Source: Macrostomum lignano
Taxonomy: Eukaryota
Direction of reading: 5' to 3'
Assembly (NCBI GenBank): GCA_002269645.1
Contig: NIVC01001661.1
Location: forward strand, 186,001-250,000
Length of the DNA: 64,000 bases
In this document: in pieces, positions 38,503-51,533 of the stretch
Layout: each line of letters opens with the position of its first letter
Position numbering within the stretch: the stretch's first letter is position 1
Translations under genes and position numbers: made by a program
The notes under the pieces: model-generated
The model's input: only the letters and a program-made list of their open reading frames with translations
Told to the model about the DNA's origin: nothing
Databases searched by the model: none

Positions 38503-41500
38503 CAGTGCCCGCCTGCCAGGTTTTGAAATGTCCTCTGAAGCTTTGAAATTTCAAGCATACGATACAAAAAATTATTGGAACAATATTTAAAACAAAAACT
38601 GTCAATAAAACATCCGTACTTAAAAGTTTAAATTTAAACTAAATGTAGCCAAATTCATGAAGTAAAAAAGCAAGCGTTATATAACTATAATTTTTTTCTG
38701 ATTAAAAAGCCAAAAAGATTTTTTTGAGTCGTATCATTTATTCTAAGACGCGAATCAAATAATAGTAGCAGCAGGATGATTTAGTTAATCATCGCCGCCC
38801 AGAAGTGAGAATAAAGTTCAAAGTAGATGAACTATGAAATTGAGATCAATCAAGAAAATAAAATTTACAAAAAATTCACAGCCGACCACTCTTTCTTTAT
38901 GTTGCTCTTATAATTGTTTTATTTAGAAAGATTTCATTCTTGGCGTATCCTGTTAGTGTTAGACTGTTAGTTTATAATTTATTTATGGAATGAAATTGTG
39001 CCTGAATTAAAGTCTAAATTGTGCTGAGTTGACACGTCCATTTTATTCAATAAATTTGTGCCAAATCACATCGTTCAGTTGTTTAGCAATCATTAAATGT
39101 TCAGAAAAGCATAGCTTAGGATAGCCTAAGAGTAAATGAATGCTAGAATATATAGCTATAATTTATATAAAACTAAAAATATTTTTTGTATAAGGGCCTA
39201 ATATTAATAAATAATATAAATTATAGGGCATAGTTCTAGTTTAGTGCGTTAAATTATTTCGCCCTCTATTCAAGGGTAGGGGGGTTGGAATATAACAAAG
39301 TAAACTAGTTTGCCATTTTTCTTTTTAACTTTCTTTTAAAACAACAAAAACTCTTCAGCAAAGCCTGGACTAAATCTTTTGGCGTTTTGCCTAAATGGTC
39401 AGCTTTAGACAAAATGGTCATTGCACAAGTTTTTTTACTGGTACTAAACTCTTGCCAAAAATTTTTTCACCAAAGTGGGTTGAAACCCTTGAAATGAAAT
39501 GTTCATATTATAGTTTAAATTAAACAATTTTTATTAGTTGTAATAGACCTATTATTTGGCTGAGTGGCTTACATAATTAAATAATAAACAAATATTGCTA
39601 CTCCTGCACAACACTTTTAAAATTTTGTACAAATGTACAAAAATGAAAAAAAATCTATTTTTTCTAGGCCTATACAAACAAAATAGTCACTCTATCTTTC
39701 AATGTGCCTTATATATTCCATCCCATAATCTATCCTATATTCTATTCTATATTCTAATACTCTATCTTATTAACCTATTGTTATACTATTATGGTTTAAT
39801 TCAAGAAGCAAAATGTATATGCTATGCTATATATGCTGTATGTTATGCTATGTAGTATGTTGTAAAATGTTATTACAAGATACAATATACAACATATATA
39901 ACATAATATAATATATCAATACACATAGCAATAGTTCCTTTCTAGTAAAAAAAACACTGCTTTATATATACTACTAAATTATATATATATTAATACTTAT
40001 ATATGGGTGTATTTTTAGTAAGAATATAATATTTATACTTTATGTATTATATATAATTGTTTTTTATTACCAAATGACTATCTGCATAGTGTATGATCTG
40101 CTATGTATTCAATTGTTTTAGAATTTATAAGCAGCTATTTAAAAAATAAAGAACTAGAAGTTTGACATAGATTGCTTTTTGCAGCTTTGTTCTATCTATT
40201 ATGGTTCAAAAGTTACAATTATAAAAAGTGCTTAAAGTTTAAAAACATGATGGGAACCTATTATAAAATGACCCAATTATACTGATAATTCAATTGATAA
40301 ACCTATAGCAAAAATACTAGTTGCACTATTATATAATCAATGGACTTATCAAAAGTGTAAAACATGATATTGATTTTCTGCCATATCAACTTATGAATAA
40401 AAAAGGGCAGTCTTGTCTATATAAATTTGATCCTTTGTGCAAATATTTATTCTAGCTTGAGTGGCAACATTGGATAAAGCTAGTTAAAGTTTTTGTAATT
40501 AATAGACTAATAGATTTGTATTAAAAATTTATTGTTAATGCTTTGTTGAATGTTTTTCTAAAAGTTAAAAATTTTTTATTCATTATTAATATATATTAAT
40601 AAAAAAATTGTTTATAATAGTATATAAATAAATAAACCAAGTTAAATTGGACTATTAGTAATAGTATTATCACTTATAAATGTCTAAAGGCATAGCTATT
40701 ATTCTAAACCATAGTCTATAATATCTACCATATGTTTAAAAAGTTTATAATTACTTAAATATAGTTTTTTTAACACACTCAATATTGCACTATACTATTT
40801 TGCTACATTATATTTTATACTGTGCTATCTACACTATATATGTCAAGGTATTAGCCTAAAAAAGCTTCTGATTTTTTATATTTTTAGCAAAAAGACAATA
40901 TCTTTAATAATAAAAATAAGTATAGTTCATTCTTAAGAATATCATTTTTATTTAAGCTAATATAGCAAAGTAGTATAATATAACATAGTAGTCTATATAT
41001 AAAAGGTATAATTTCTATCCAAAAGGCATTATAGGGTATAACAATGCTTTTGCTATCTAATAAATGCTATTTTAGGTTTTAGTGCTCTTTAATTAGTATT
41101 ATCTAACTAAAAGGAATACAATTCTTTCTGAAGCATGTGAAATACTAAGGAGTTGTAATAAATATGAATTTGCTAATTCTAAATACTAGATACTATGTTA
41201 TCTTTGTTATATCCATAATTGGATTAAATAAATAAATAAAAATAAATCAATAAAGGTAAATCAGTATTTTTGGTATTTAAAGTTGTCTTGGTTATTAAAA
41301 AAATTAGAGTAGCATAGATGTAGCATTGTAAAATATTGAACCGATAGCAGACTTGACAAGTGACTAATGCTTTATGATTCATTTAACTAAACTAGAACAT
41401 GCAATAAAGTAGTTATCATTAGAGGACCACTAATATACATAATTGTAGGTAGTAGATTCAATTGGCTACAACTTAAACATCATGCAGTTCTATTTGAAAA

Positions 41501-42015
41501 AATATCAAATGGCCTTTTGATAGAATATAAATTAGTATATAGCTTTAAATTTTTTTAGCTAGGTACTTGGCTAAGTTTAGCTAAGTATTGTAATGCCTTC
41601 AATGAAAGCTTCATCTTTTTGGTATCTTTGAACATAATTTTAACTATTTTATAATGATAGTATTACTAAATATATTTCATAATAAGTAAAAAACATACAA
41701 AAGTTTTCATTCATTGATTTTTATTGAAAAAACGTCTCCTTTTGTGTCCCACCAAATATGTGATTTTTTTGTAATAACTTAAAACTTGATGCTTTTCTAG
41801 TTTCATTTATTAAAAAGGCTATGGGCATAAAACTTTGTTTAAAATCAGGCTTTGTACATTGCATTTTTTCAAGATGTCATGTTTTTAATAATAATCTACA
41901 AGTATTATTTTTAAAAAGCATGATTTATTTTATTGTAACTTTGTTGGTTATTCTAGTTTTTGAAGTATTTTATGCACTTGTTTACTATTTATTTACTATT
42001 TTAGCCTGGTCAGCC

Positions 42016-42165
42016 ATGTCGTTTGCCTCTTCCCGAATACTTTTGGCCATTAGGCAGACTCGCCTAGCAACTAGTCGGCTCCTGTCTGACTATGCGACCA
42101 CTCGGTCCAACCTGGCTATTAACAAGGATACACGAGTCATCTGCCAGGGCTTCACTGGCAAGCAG
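42016..42165 (+). CDS. SUCLG1: Succinate-CoA ligase alpha subunit, exon 1 (mitochondrial presequence + start of CoA-binding domain)
   Basis: MSFASSRILLAIRQTRL...NLAINKDTRVICQGFTGKQ (50 codons), then donor GTGAGG. Confidence 0.93.
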
Positions 42166-42277
42166 GTGAGGTTTATGGGATTTCGCCTTCACTCTTAGAT
42201 ACTGCCTGTATTTTTAAGATTAAGCCCTTGTCTCTATCCCAATAGGTTATATTGTTTCATCTGGATCCCATATAGCT

Positions 42278-43545
42278 ATCCAGATCCCAACTGGATTCTA
42301 TCCAGATCCTAACTGGATTCTATCCAGATCCCAACTGGATTCTATCCAGATCCCAACCAGATTCTATCCAGATCCCAACCAGATTCTATCCAGATCCCAA
42401 CCAGATTCTATCCAGATCCCAACTGGATTCTATCCAGATCCCAACCAGATTCTATCCAGATTCCAACTGGATTCTATCCAGATCCCAACTGGATTCTATC
42501 CAGATCCCAACTGGATTCTATCCAGATCCCAACCAGATTCTATCCAGATCCCAACTGGATTCTATCCAGATCCCAACTGGATTCTATCCAGATCCCAACC
42601 AGATTCTATCCAGATCCCAACCAGATTCTATCCAGATCCCAACTGGATTCTATCCAGATCCCAACCAGATTCTATCCAGATTCCAACTGGATTCTATCCA
42701 GATCCCAACTGGATTCTATCCAGATCCCAACTGGATTCTATCCAGATCCCAACCAGATTCTATCCAGATCCCAACTGGATTCTATCCAGATCCCAACTGG
42801 ATTCTATCCAGATCCCAACCAGATTCTATCCAGATCCCAACCAGATTCTATCCAGATCCTAACTGGATTCTGTCCAGATCCTAACTGGATTCTGTCCAGA
42901 TCCCAACCAGATTCTATCCAGATCCCAACCAGATTCTATCCAGATCCCAACCAGATTCTATCCAGATCCCAACCAGATTCTATCCAGATTCCAACTGGAT
43001 TCTATCCAGATCCCAACTGGATTCTATCCAGATCCCAACTGGATTCTATCCAGATCCCAACCAGATTCTATCCAGATCCCAACTGGATTCTATCCAGATC
43101 CCAACTGGATTCTATCCAGATCCCAACCAGATTCTATCCAGATCCCAACCAGATTCTATCCAGATCCCAACTGGATTCTGTCCAGATCCCAACTGGATTC
43201 TATCCAGATCCCAACTGGATTCTATCCAGATCCCAACCAGATTCTATCCAGATCCCAACTGGATTCTATCCAGATCCCAACCAGATTCTATCCAGATCCC
43301 AACTGGATTCTATCCAGATCCCAACTGGATTCTATCCAGATCCCAACCAGATTCTATCCAGATCCCAACTGGATTCTGTCCAGATCCCAACTGGATTCTA
43401 TCCAGATCCCAACCAGATTCTATCCAGATCCCAACTGCATTCTATCCAGATCATAGCTGAATTCTAGCCATATCCCAGCTGGGTTCTATTCAGATCCCAG
43501 CAGGATTCTATCCAGATTTCAACTGGATTCTATCCAGATCCCAAC
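42278..43545 (+). repeat. 22-bp minisatellite filling SUCLG1 intron 1 (TCCAGATCCCAAC[TG/CA]GATTCTA)
   Basis: Tandem 22-bp units in two variants. Confidence 0.95.
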
Positions 43546-43603
43546 TCAATGCAATCACTCATGCCCCCAACCGCATCAAGCCTGACATCCCGAACCCCCG
43601 CAG

Positions 43604-44044
43604 GGCACCTTCCACAGCACCCAGGCAATCGAGTACGGCACCAGGATGGTTGGCGGCGTGTCGCCTGGCAAAGGCGGCCAGACGCACTTGAACTTGCCCG
43701 TGTTCAACACCGTGTCGGAGGCGCGCAAAGCTACCCAGTGCGATGCCACAGTTATCTACGTGCCCGCCCCGTTCGCGGCGGCCGCTATACACGAAGCTCT
43801 GGACGCCGAGGTGCCGCTGATTGTGTGCATCACCGAGGGCATCCCGCAGCACGACATGGTCCGCGTGCGCCGCCGGCTCAGCCAGCAGACCAAAAGTCGC
43901 CTAGTTGGGCCCAACTGTCCGGGTGTGATCGCTCCCGGCCAATGCAAGATTGGCATCATGCCCGGGCATATTCACAAGCCCGGCAAGATCGGCATCGTGT
44001 CCCGCTCGGGCACCCTCACTTACGAGGCTGTGCACCAGACTACG
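43604..44044 (+). CDS. SUCLG1: Succinate-CoA ligase alpha subunit, exon 2
   Basis: Acceptor CGCAG|GGC. Translates [25 protein letters not shown]...[10 protein letters not shown]...GPNCPG...[15 protein letters not shown], then donor GTGAGA. 441 nt, phase 0. Confidence 0.96.
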
Positions 44045-44104
44045 GTGAGATGTTTCTTCGTCTTGCAGTTTTAGTTCCTCCTCAGAATCTCGGTCCCATT
44101 TTGA

Positions 44105-44820
44105 TCGGAATCCCCAATCAACACAAATCCCCATCTCTATCGGAATCCCCAATCAACACAAATCCCCATCTCTATCGGAATCCCTAATCAACACAAATCC
44201 CCATTTCTATCGGAATCCCTAATCAACACAAATCCCCATCTCTATCGGAATCCCCAATCAACACAAATCCCCATCTCTTTCAGAATCCCCAATCAACACA
44301 AATCCCCATCTCTTTCAGAATCCCCAATCAACACAAATCCCCATCTCAATCAGAATCCCCAATCAACACAAATCCCTATCTCAATCAGAATCCCTGATCA
44401 ACACAAATTCCCATCTCAATCAGAATCCCCAATCAACACAAATCCCTATCTCAATCAGAATCCCCAATCAACACAAATCCCTATCTCTATCAGAATCCCC
44501 AATCAACACAAATTCCCATCTCAATCAGAATCCCCAATCAACACAAATCCCTATCTCAATCAGAATCCCCAATCAACACAAATCCCTATCTCTATCAGAA
44601 TCCCCAATCAACACAAATCCCTATCTCAATCAGAATCCCTAATCAACACAAATTCCCATCTCTATCGGAATCCCCAATCAACACAAATCCCTATCTTTAT
44701 CGGAATCCCCAATCAACACAAATCCCCATCTCTATCGGAATCCCCAATCAACACAAATCTCCATCTCTTTCAGAATCCCTAATCAATACTAATCCCCATC
44801 TGTATCAGAATCCCCAATTT
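44105..44820 (+). repeat. 35-bp minisatellite filling SUCLG1 intron 2
   Basis: Unit GGAATCCCCAATCAACACAAATCCCCATCTCTATC. Confidence 0.95.
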
Positions 44821-44935
44821 AATCAGAATCACTATTCAACACTTATCCCCATCCCAACACCCAGCATCCTCCATCAATCCAAGGGAAAGCAGCAATCCTC
44901 ATTACAAAAAGCATCCCTAAATCTGTACTGCGCAG

Positions 44936-45334
44936 GTGACGGACCTCGGCCAGACTCTGTGCGTCGGCATCGGCGGCGACCCGTTCAACGGCACGAATTT
45001 CGTCGATTGCCTAGAGATATTCCTGAAGGACCCCAACACCGAGGGCATCGTCCTTATTGGCGAGATCGGCGGCCAAGCCGAGGAAAACGCGGCCGACTAC
45101 CTGCGCGAGCACAACACCGGCCCCGATGCCAAGCCTGTGGTGTCATTCATTGCCGGCGTCACGGCGCCGCCCGGCCGTCGGATGGGCCACGCCGGCGCTA
45201 TAATTGCAGGCGGCAAAGGCGGCGCCAAAGAGAAGATTGCGGCGCTAGAATCGGCCGGCGTTGTTGTGTCGAAATCGCCAGCCCAGATGGGTCAGCTGAT
45301 GCTGGCCGAGATGAAGCGGCTTGGCAAAGCCTGA
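44936..45334 (+). CDS. SUCLG1: Succinate-CoA ligase alpha subunit, exon 3 (total protein 329 aa)
   Basis: [16 protein letters not shown] and the catalytic phospho-His motif [10 protein letters not shown] are present. Stop TGA at 45332-45334. Confidence 0.96.
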   Translation: MTDLGQTLCVGIGGDPFNGTNFVDCLEIFLKDPNTEGIVLIGEIGGQAEENAADYLREHNTGPDAKPVVSFIAGVTAPPGRRMGHAGAIIAGGKGGAKEKIAALESAGVVVSKSPAQMGQLMLAEMKRLGKA

Positions 45335-46119
45335 AGAAGCTGCGGGTTTAGACAGGGGCAAAAAATAATTCGTATAGGATGATGCTGGCATTGCTACTAG
45401 CGACAGTAGAATCTTTCGATTCTTGGATTTTTTGCTCTAATTTCTGCTGTCGAGATGGATTTTATTTGAAAAAACCCTTGCTCTACTGTTAGTAGTGTCG
45501 AAAAATCAACATTAGTGAAAAAAAACTATTGGAATTTGTTTGTTCATCCTTATGTATGCTTTTTAAATTCTAAGAATACTTTATTGCTGTCGGATTAACA
45601 ATTAGGTAGGGCCTACTTTGTCGCCTTCTTTCCCCCGTTAGCAAAAATTTATTATTAATTAGTGTGTTCTTTTCAAACCCTTTGTAGGCTTCAGAGTAAC
45701 AAAATATATTTCAGGTAAAGTAAATCTGCATCTTCTTTGAACACCGCCGTCTGTTTTTTATATAGCAAGCAATTTTCTGAGAAGGAAAAAGATAAAAAGC
45801 TTTTTTGTGCTAGCGTGAGCTCAGCGTGTTGATAAGTATAAAACCCGTTTAAAGTCAGATTAATATTTATATGCATGCATAAAATATTAGTCTGAATTTA
45901 AACAAAACATACTATTATGTATTACATATTTAGACTTAACAAATGCATTATGAAAAACATCTTCGTGCGGTGAAGTTTAACAAATTTAATTCATAATTTA
46001 AACTTTTCTTTTATTAATCGGCTTATTTATTATGCCTATTCTGTAGGAATTGTAAAAATAGGAATTTTCGTGTATTGGTTCTTAACGTCCATAAATGGGG
46101 ACGCTTAAATTGGTTCTTC

Positions 46120-47795
46120 GATGGGGCTCTTCCCTGGTCCTTTAATGAGGCTCTTCCCTGGTCCTTTGATGGGGCTCTTCCCTGGTCCTTTAATGAGACT
46201 TCCCTGTTCCTTTAATGGGGCTCTTCCCTGGTCCTTTTATGGGGCTCTTCCCTGGCCCTTTGATGGGGCTCTTCCCTGGTCCTTTGATGGGGCTCTTCCC
46301 TGATCCTTTACTGAGGCTCTTCCCTGTTCCTTTATTGATGCTCTTCCATGGTCCTTTTATGAGGCTCTTCCCTGGTCCTTTACTAGGGCTCTTCCCTGGT
46401 CCTTTACTACGGCTCTTCCCTGGTCCTTTACTACGGCTCTTCCCTGGTCCTTTGATGGGGCTCTTCCCTGGTCCTTTGATGGGGCTCTTCCCTGGTCCTT
46501 TAATGGGGCTCTTCCCTGGTCCTTTGATGGGGCTCTTCCCTGGTCCTTTGATGGGGCTCTTCCCTGGTCCTTTAATGGGGCTCTTTCCTGGTCCTTTACT
46601 GAGGCTCTTCCCTGGTCCTTTGATGGGGCTCTTCCCTGGTCCTTTAATGGGGCTCTTCCCTGGTCCTTTGATGGGGCTCTTCCCTGGTCCTTTAATGAGA
46701 CTTCCCTGGTCCTTTAATGGGGCTCTTCCCTGGTCCTTTTATGGGGCTCTTCCCTGGCCCTTTGATGGGGCTCTTCCCTGATCCTTTACTGAGGCTCTTC
46801 CCTGTTCCTTTATTGATGCTCTTCCATGGTCCTTTTATGAGGCTCTTCCCTGGTCCTTTACTAGGGCTCTTCCCTGGTCCTTTACTACGGCTCTTCCCTG
46901 GTCCTTTACTACGGCTCTTCCCTGGTCCTTTGATGGGGCTCTTCCCTGGTCCTTTGATGGGGCTCTTCCCTGGTCCTTTAATGGGGCTCTTCCCTGGTCC
47001 TTTGATGGGGCTCTTCCCTGATCCTTTACTGAGGCTCTTCCCTGTTCCTTTATTGATGCTCTTCCATGGTCCTTTGATGAGGCTCTTCCCTGGTCCTTTA
47101 CTAGGGCTCTTCCCTGGTCCTTTACTACGGCTCTTCCCTGGTCCTTTGATGGGGCTCTTCCCTGGTCCTTTGATGGGGCTCTTCCCTGGTCCTTTGATGG
47201 GGCTCTTCCCTGGTCCTTTAATGGGGCTCTTCCCTGGTCCTTTGATGGGGCTCTTCCCTGGTCCTTTGATGGGGCTCTTCCCTGGTCCTTTAATGGGGCT
47301 CTTCCCTGGTCCTTTGATGGGGCTCTTCCCTGATCCTTTACTGAGGCTCTTCCCTGTTCCTTTATTGATGCTCTTCCATGGTCCTTTGATGAGGCTCTTC
47401 CCTAGTCCTTTGATGGGGCTCTTCCCTGGTCCTTTGATGAGGCTCTTCCCTGGTCCTTTGATGAGGCTCTTCCCTGGTCCTTTAATGGGGCTCTTCCCTG
47501 GTCCTTTGATGGGGCTCTTCCCTGGTCCTTTAATGGGGCTCTTCCCTGATCCTTTGATGGGGCTCTTCCCTGGTCCTTTGATGGGGCTCTTCCCTGGTCC
47601 TTTAATGGGGCTCTTTCCTGGTCCTTTACTGAGGCTCTTCCCTGGTCCTTTGATGGGGCTCTTCCCTGGTCCTTTAATGGGGCTCTTCCCTGGTCCTTTA
47701 TTGATGCTCTTCCATGGTCCTTTTATGAGGCTCTTCCCTGGTCCTTTACTAGGGCTCTTCCCTGGTCCTTTACTAGGGCTCTTCCCTGGTCCTCT
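46120..47795 (+). repeat. 24-bp minisatellite (GGGGCTCTTCCCTGGTCCTTTGAT)n with higher-order blocks
   Basis: Seen directly. A 22-bp variant recurs 502 bp apart (ORF starts 46215/46717). Confidence 0.95.
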
Positions 47796-47945
47796 ATTGG
47801 CATTTTTCAATGCGCCGCTTTCATAGCCTTCAAATGGACTGCTTGGCTGGTTCTCAACAGGCCTCTTAGCCACTAAGTTAGTTTAAGCAGTTTACCCGGC
47901 TCAAATTTACATTATTCGTTGACATAATATTCAATATCACTCCAG

Positions 47946-48553
47946 CAGCGCCAGAGGCCTACTCAGGCATCGCCGACACCGCCGACCGACAGCTCCTTCG
48001 GCGACGTCAACGTTGAAGACTACGACGCCCTCGACGATGAGGACAATGAAAAGCGTCTGGCCGCTCGCGCCGTCGCCATGGTGATTGATAGCTCGCGTCG
48101 CGGCGGCGTAGTCACGCTGTGCGCCGACGTGGCCAGCCTTCTTCGACGTCAGCGCGGCCTGGAGCTCCGCCTGCGTCGCTTGACAGCAGAGAACGCCGAG
48201 CTTCGGGTTGCTGCCGCCTCCGCTGCCGTCTCCACCGCTGACGAGTCCAGATCGCGAAGCTCGTACTCAACCTCGCCGTCGCCGTCCGCTTGTTCAACAG
48301 CCGCCACCGCGGCGACGACGCATTCGTTGACTTCGCTGCTAACGCAGGCGACGCAAACTTCCGATGAGGCTGCCGACGTTGTGGACGGCTCCGAGCTGCG
48401 CCACGCGATGCGCCTGAACTCCGCGCTGGCAGTTCGACTGGCTCGAGCGACTCGACAGCTGGCCGCTGCTGAGGCGGCGTCGGCAGCCACGGAGTCTGGC
48501 CAGAAACTGTACCAGAAGCCGATGATGAGGCGCCGGCGTCAGTCTCCGATGCG
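47946..48553 (+). CDS. Unknown coiled-coil protein, exon A
   Basis: Acceptor CTCCAG|CAG, with the frame open from 47946 (first in-frame ATG 48078). Coiled-coil-like segments: LLRRQRGLELRLRRLTAENAELR and LNSALAVRLARATRQLAAAE. Donor CG|GTGTGT. Confidence 0.6.
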
Positions 48554-48594
48554 GTGTGTGGCTTGGCTATCTGTTGAGTTGTCGTCACAGGATC

Positions 48595-49360
48595 GGTGAC
48601 CCCTAGTAATGTAGGTGCCCTCACTTCCCCATGGAGGATCAGTGACCCCACTTCGAGCCCCATAAAGGGTCAGTGACCCCAATCCCCTGCGAAGGAGGGT
48701 CAGTGACCCCACGTCTCCATAAAGGGTCAGTGACCCCAATTCCCTGCGAAGGAGGGTCAGTGACCCCACTTCCCCATAAAGGGTCAGTGACCCCACTTCC
48801 CACAAAGGGTCAGTGACCCCAATTCCCCGCATTTTTAGGGGTCAGTGACCCCTATTCCCTGCGGAGGGGCAATGACTCTAATTCCCCTTGAAGTACTCTG
48901 TAAGCTCTGTGACTCCGATTCACCCTGAACGGCATCAGTGACCCCAATTAACCGTAAAGAGCATTAGTAACCCCGATTCACCGTGAAGAACATCAGTGAC
49001 CCAGATTCACCGTGAGCAGCATCAGTGACCCCAATTCACCGTGAAGAGCATCAGTGACCCAGATTTACCGTGAAGAACGTCAGTGACCCAGATTCACCGT
49101 GAGCAGCATCAGTGACCCCAATTCACCGTGAAGAGCATCAGTGACCCAGATTCACCGTGAAGAACATCAGTGACCCAGATTCACCGTGAGCAGCATCAGT
49201 GACCCCAATTCACCGTGAAGAGCATCAGTGACCCAGATTCACCGTGAAGAACATCAGTGACCCAGATTCACCGTGAGCAGCATCAGTGACCCCCATTCAC
49301 CGTGAACGGCATCAGTGACCCCGATACACCGTGATGGACAGCAATTGGAGTGACCCCAAT
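48595..49360 (+). repeat. ~29-bp minisatellite (CAGTGACCCCAATTCACCGTGAAGAGCAT) filling the intron of the coiled-coil gene
   Basis: Regular from ~48930 to 49330, with degenerate CAGTGACCCC units on either side. Confidence 0.9.
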
Positions 49361-49642
49361 TCACCCTAAAAACCATTAGTGATCTCAGTGCCCTAAGAAA
49401 GGGATTTGTGACCTTAATCCCCTGCAATAGGAAATCGTGACCTCATATTTTCTCAGCTAAAAATCGTAGAGATAATATCTCGATCAGTGGAATCGATCTA
49501 CCGTTAGAAATTATTGGTTAATGTTAATTTGAAATCTAGATTAGCCATTGGCACAGTTCCTGGGCCATTAACTATGCCAAAATGCTAAATATAAGCATTT
49601 ATATCGTTGAGCAACCCGACCCATGCCATTTCTGTTCGTCAG

Positions 49643-50114
49643 GTGTTCCGCCGGCCGGTTGCTCAACTCAAATTCGAAATTCGATGATAGCCGTAAGCAG
49701 CAGCAGCCGCCGCCGCTAATAATCCTGCCTGGCTGTCCCTGCCTAGACTGCTCTTCCGTGTCCGTCTCCGTCCACGCCGCCGCCGCCACCGTCACGACGT
49801 CAGTCGGTCGGATCCGAGTTGGTGACGTCGTCGTCCTACGCGACGGTCGCAGCGGTCGAGTCCGCGGCTTCGAGCACGGCGACGCGTCATCGATTGCGCT
49901 CCGTCTGGCGCCCAAGTCGCGGTTCGCTTTGTCATTGTCTGCGGCATCGTCTGCGGCAACTTCGGCGGAAGCTGCAGTCGACACGACGTCGGAGTCGTTT
50001 TTAGTCGATCTGGTTGACATTTCTAGCGTTCGTCATCAAACTGGTGAAAATCAAGCCGTATCAGCTGCTGATGCCAAGCCTTCTGTAGAGTACTTTGTAA
50101 CTGACTACTTGTAG
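49643..50114 (+). CDS. Unknown coiled-coil protein, exon B (terminal); contains RIRVGDVVVLRDGRSGRVR, an SH3/CAP-Gly/KOW-like strand pattern
   Basis: Acceptor TTCGTCAG|G is phase-2 compatible with exon A (CG+G = Arg). GC-rich coding-like composition, ending in stop TAG. Confidence 0.6.
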
Positions 50115-50198
50115 TAGACTGTATAGAAGTTCAATATGAATTTTGGCTACTATTTTCTATAATGATCAGAAGTCAGTGTGAAACTTTAGTCAAACAAA

Positions 50199-50626
50199 AC
50201 CGGAAGTTTGAGTATCCATCACCATTAAGGACCGGAAGTTTGAGTATCCGCCACTATTAAGAACCGGAAGTTTGAGTGTCCGCCCCTATTAAGGACCGGA
50301 AGTTTGAGTATCCGCCCCTATTAATGACCGGAAGTTTGAGTATCCGCCACTATTAAGAACCGGAAGTTTAAGTATCCGCCACTATTAATGACCGGAAGTT
50401 TGAGTATCCGCCCATATTAAGAACAGAAAGTTTGACTATCCGCCCCTATTAAGAACCGGAAGTTTGAGTATCCGCCCCTATTAAGAACAGAAAGTTTGAG
50501 TATCTGCCCTTTTTAATGACCAGAAGTTTGAGTATCCGCCCTTATTAATGACCAGAAGTTTGAGTATCCGTCCCTATTAAGAACCGGAAGTTTGAGTATC
50601 CGCCACTATTAAGGACCGGAAGTTTG
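50199..50626 (+). repeat. 32-bp minisatellite (ACCGGAAGTTTGAGTATCCGCCACTATTAAGA), ~13 copies
   Basis: Seen directly. Confidence 0.92.
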
Positions 50627-51117
50627 TTTTTCTGCCCCCATTTATTATATTTTAATAGATTTAGTACTTAGAAGTGTTGCCAACCCACTCTGCTTTTTGC
50701 AGAAATCAATTTTCGTCTTTTGGACGCACAGTTTTTGTGGTTGTATAATTAATCTCGATTTCTTCCATCCTCTTATGCCCGTGTTTTGCTGGCTTTATTT
50801 AAATCTGGCGCTGATTTATCTATATTGTGTACTTTTCCGTTCCGTCCTGTCTTCACATCTTGATGTGATGTACTTTTAATGCCTTGTACTTTTAAAGTAC
50901 ACAATGCATCCATTCAGCTTTTAATTAGTGGTAAATTGCTTTTTCTAATTATTCAAAAGTACAAAGTACAACCGACTTTGCCGGGCCAAGTTTATATTGG
51001 CAATGTACTATTATTTAGATTGTTTTAACTGAGTTTAGAATTGTTTGCTAATAAGCCTATAATTAGTTTTCTATTATCTATTCCTCATTTCATTCGAAAT
51101 AAAAATTGGGATTTAAA

Positions 51118-51533
51118 CCCCTATAAAATTGAGGCGGTCACATTTTAACTATGTGACCATTTTGTGACCGTCAATGTGAACCTCGAATGTGACCAACAAA
51201 TAGGTAAAACGACCAGTCATGCCAAATTGCATATTCGCTTTTTTGACGTTTATATTTTTCTTAAATTAACCCAACACACGAGGCTCACAAAGACGGTCTT
51301 TTCATCTTCTGACAGTCACATTTGTGGATCACATTGGCGGTCACATTGGCGATCACAATGACGGTCACATTGACGGGTCATATTGATGTTCACGTGAAGG
51401 ACGTGTCAAATAAGACAGTCGAATTGCGAGGTCACATTAACTGACGGTCACATCACGGTCACAAGTATGATAAGCAGTGTCACATTTTTTACTGTCACCA
51501 AAAAAATTTGCGACCGTCCCTTCTTTATACGGG
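51118..51533. mobile_element. Old 416-bp CCC...GGG MITE with inverted TGTGACC/GGTCACA subterminal arrays
   Basis: Degenerate TIRs: CCCCTATAAAATTGAGGCGGTCAC vs the reverse complement of the right end, CCCGTATAAAGAAGGGACGGTCGC. A-rich flanks. Confidence 0.5.
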
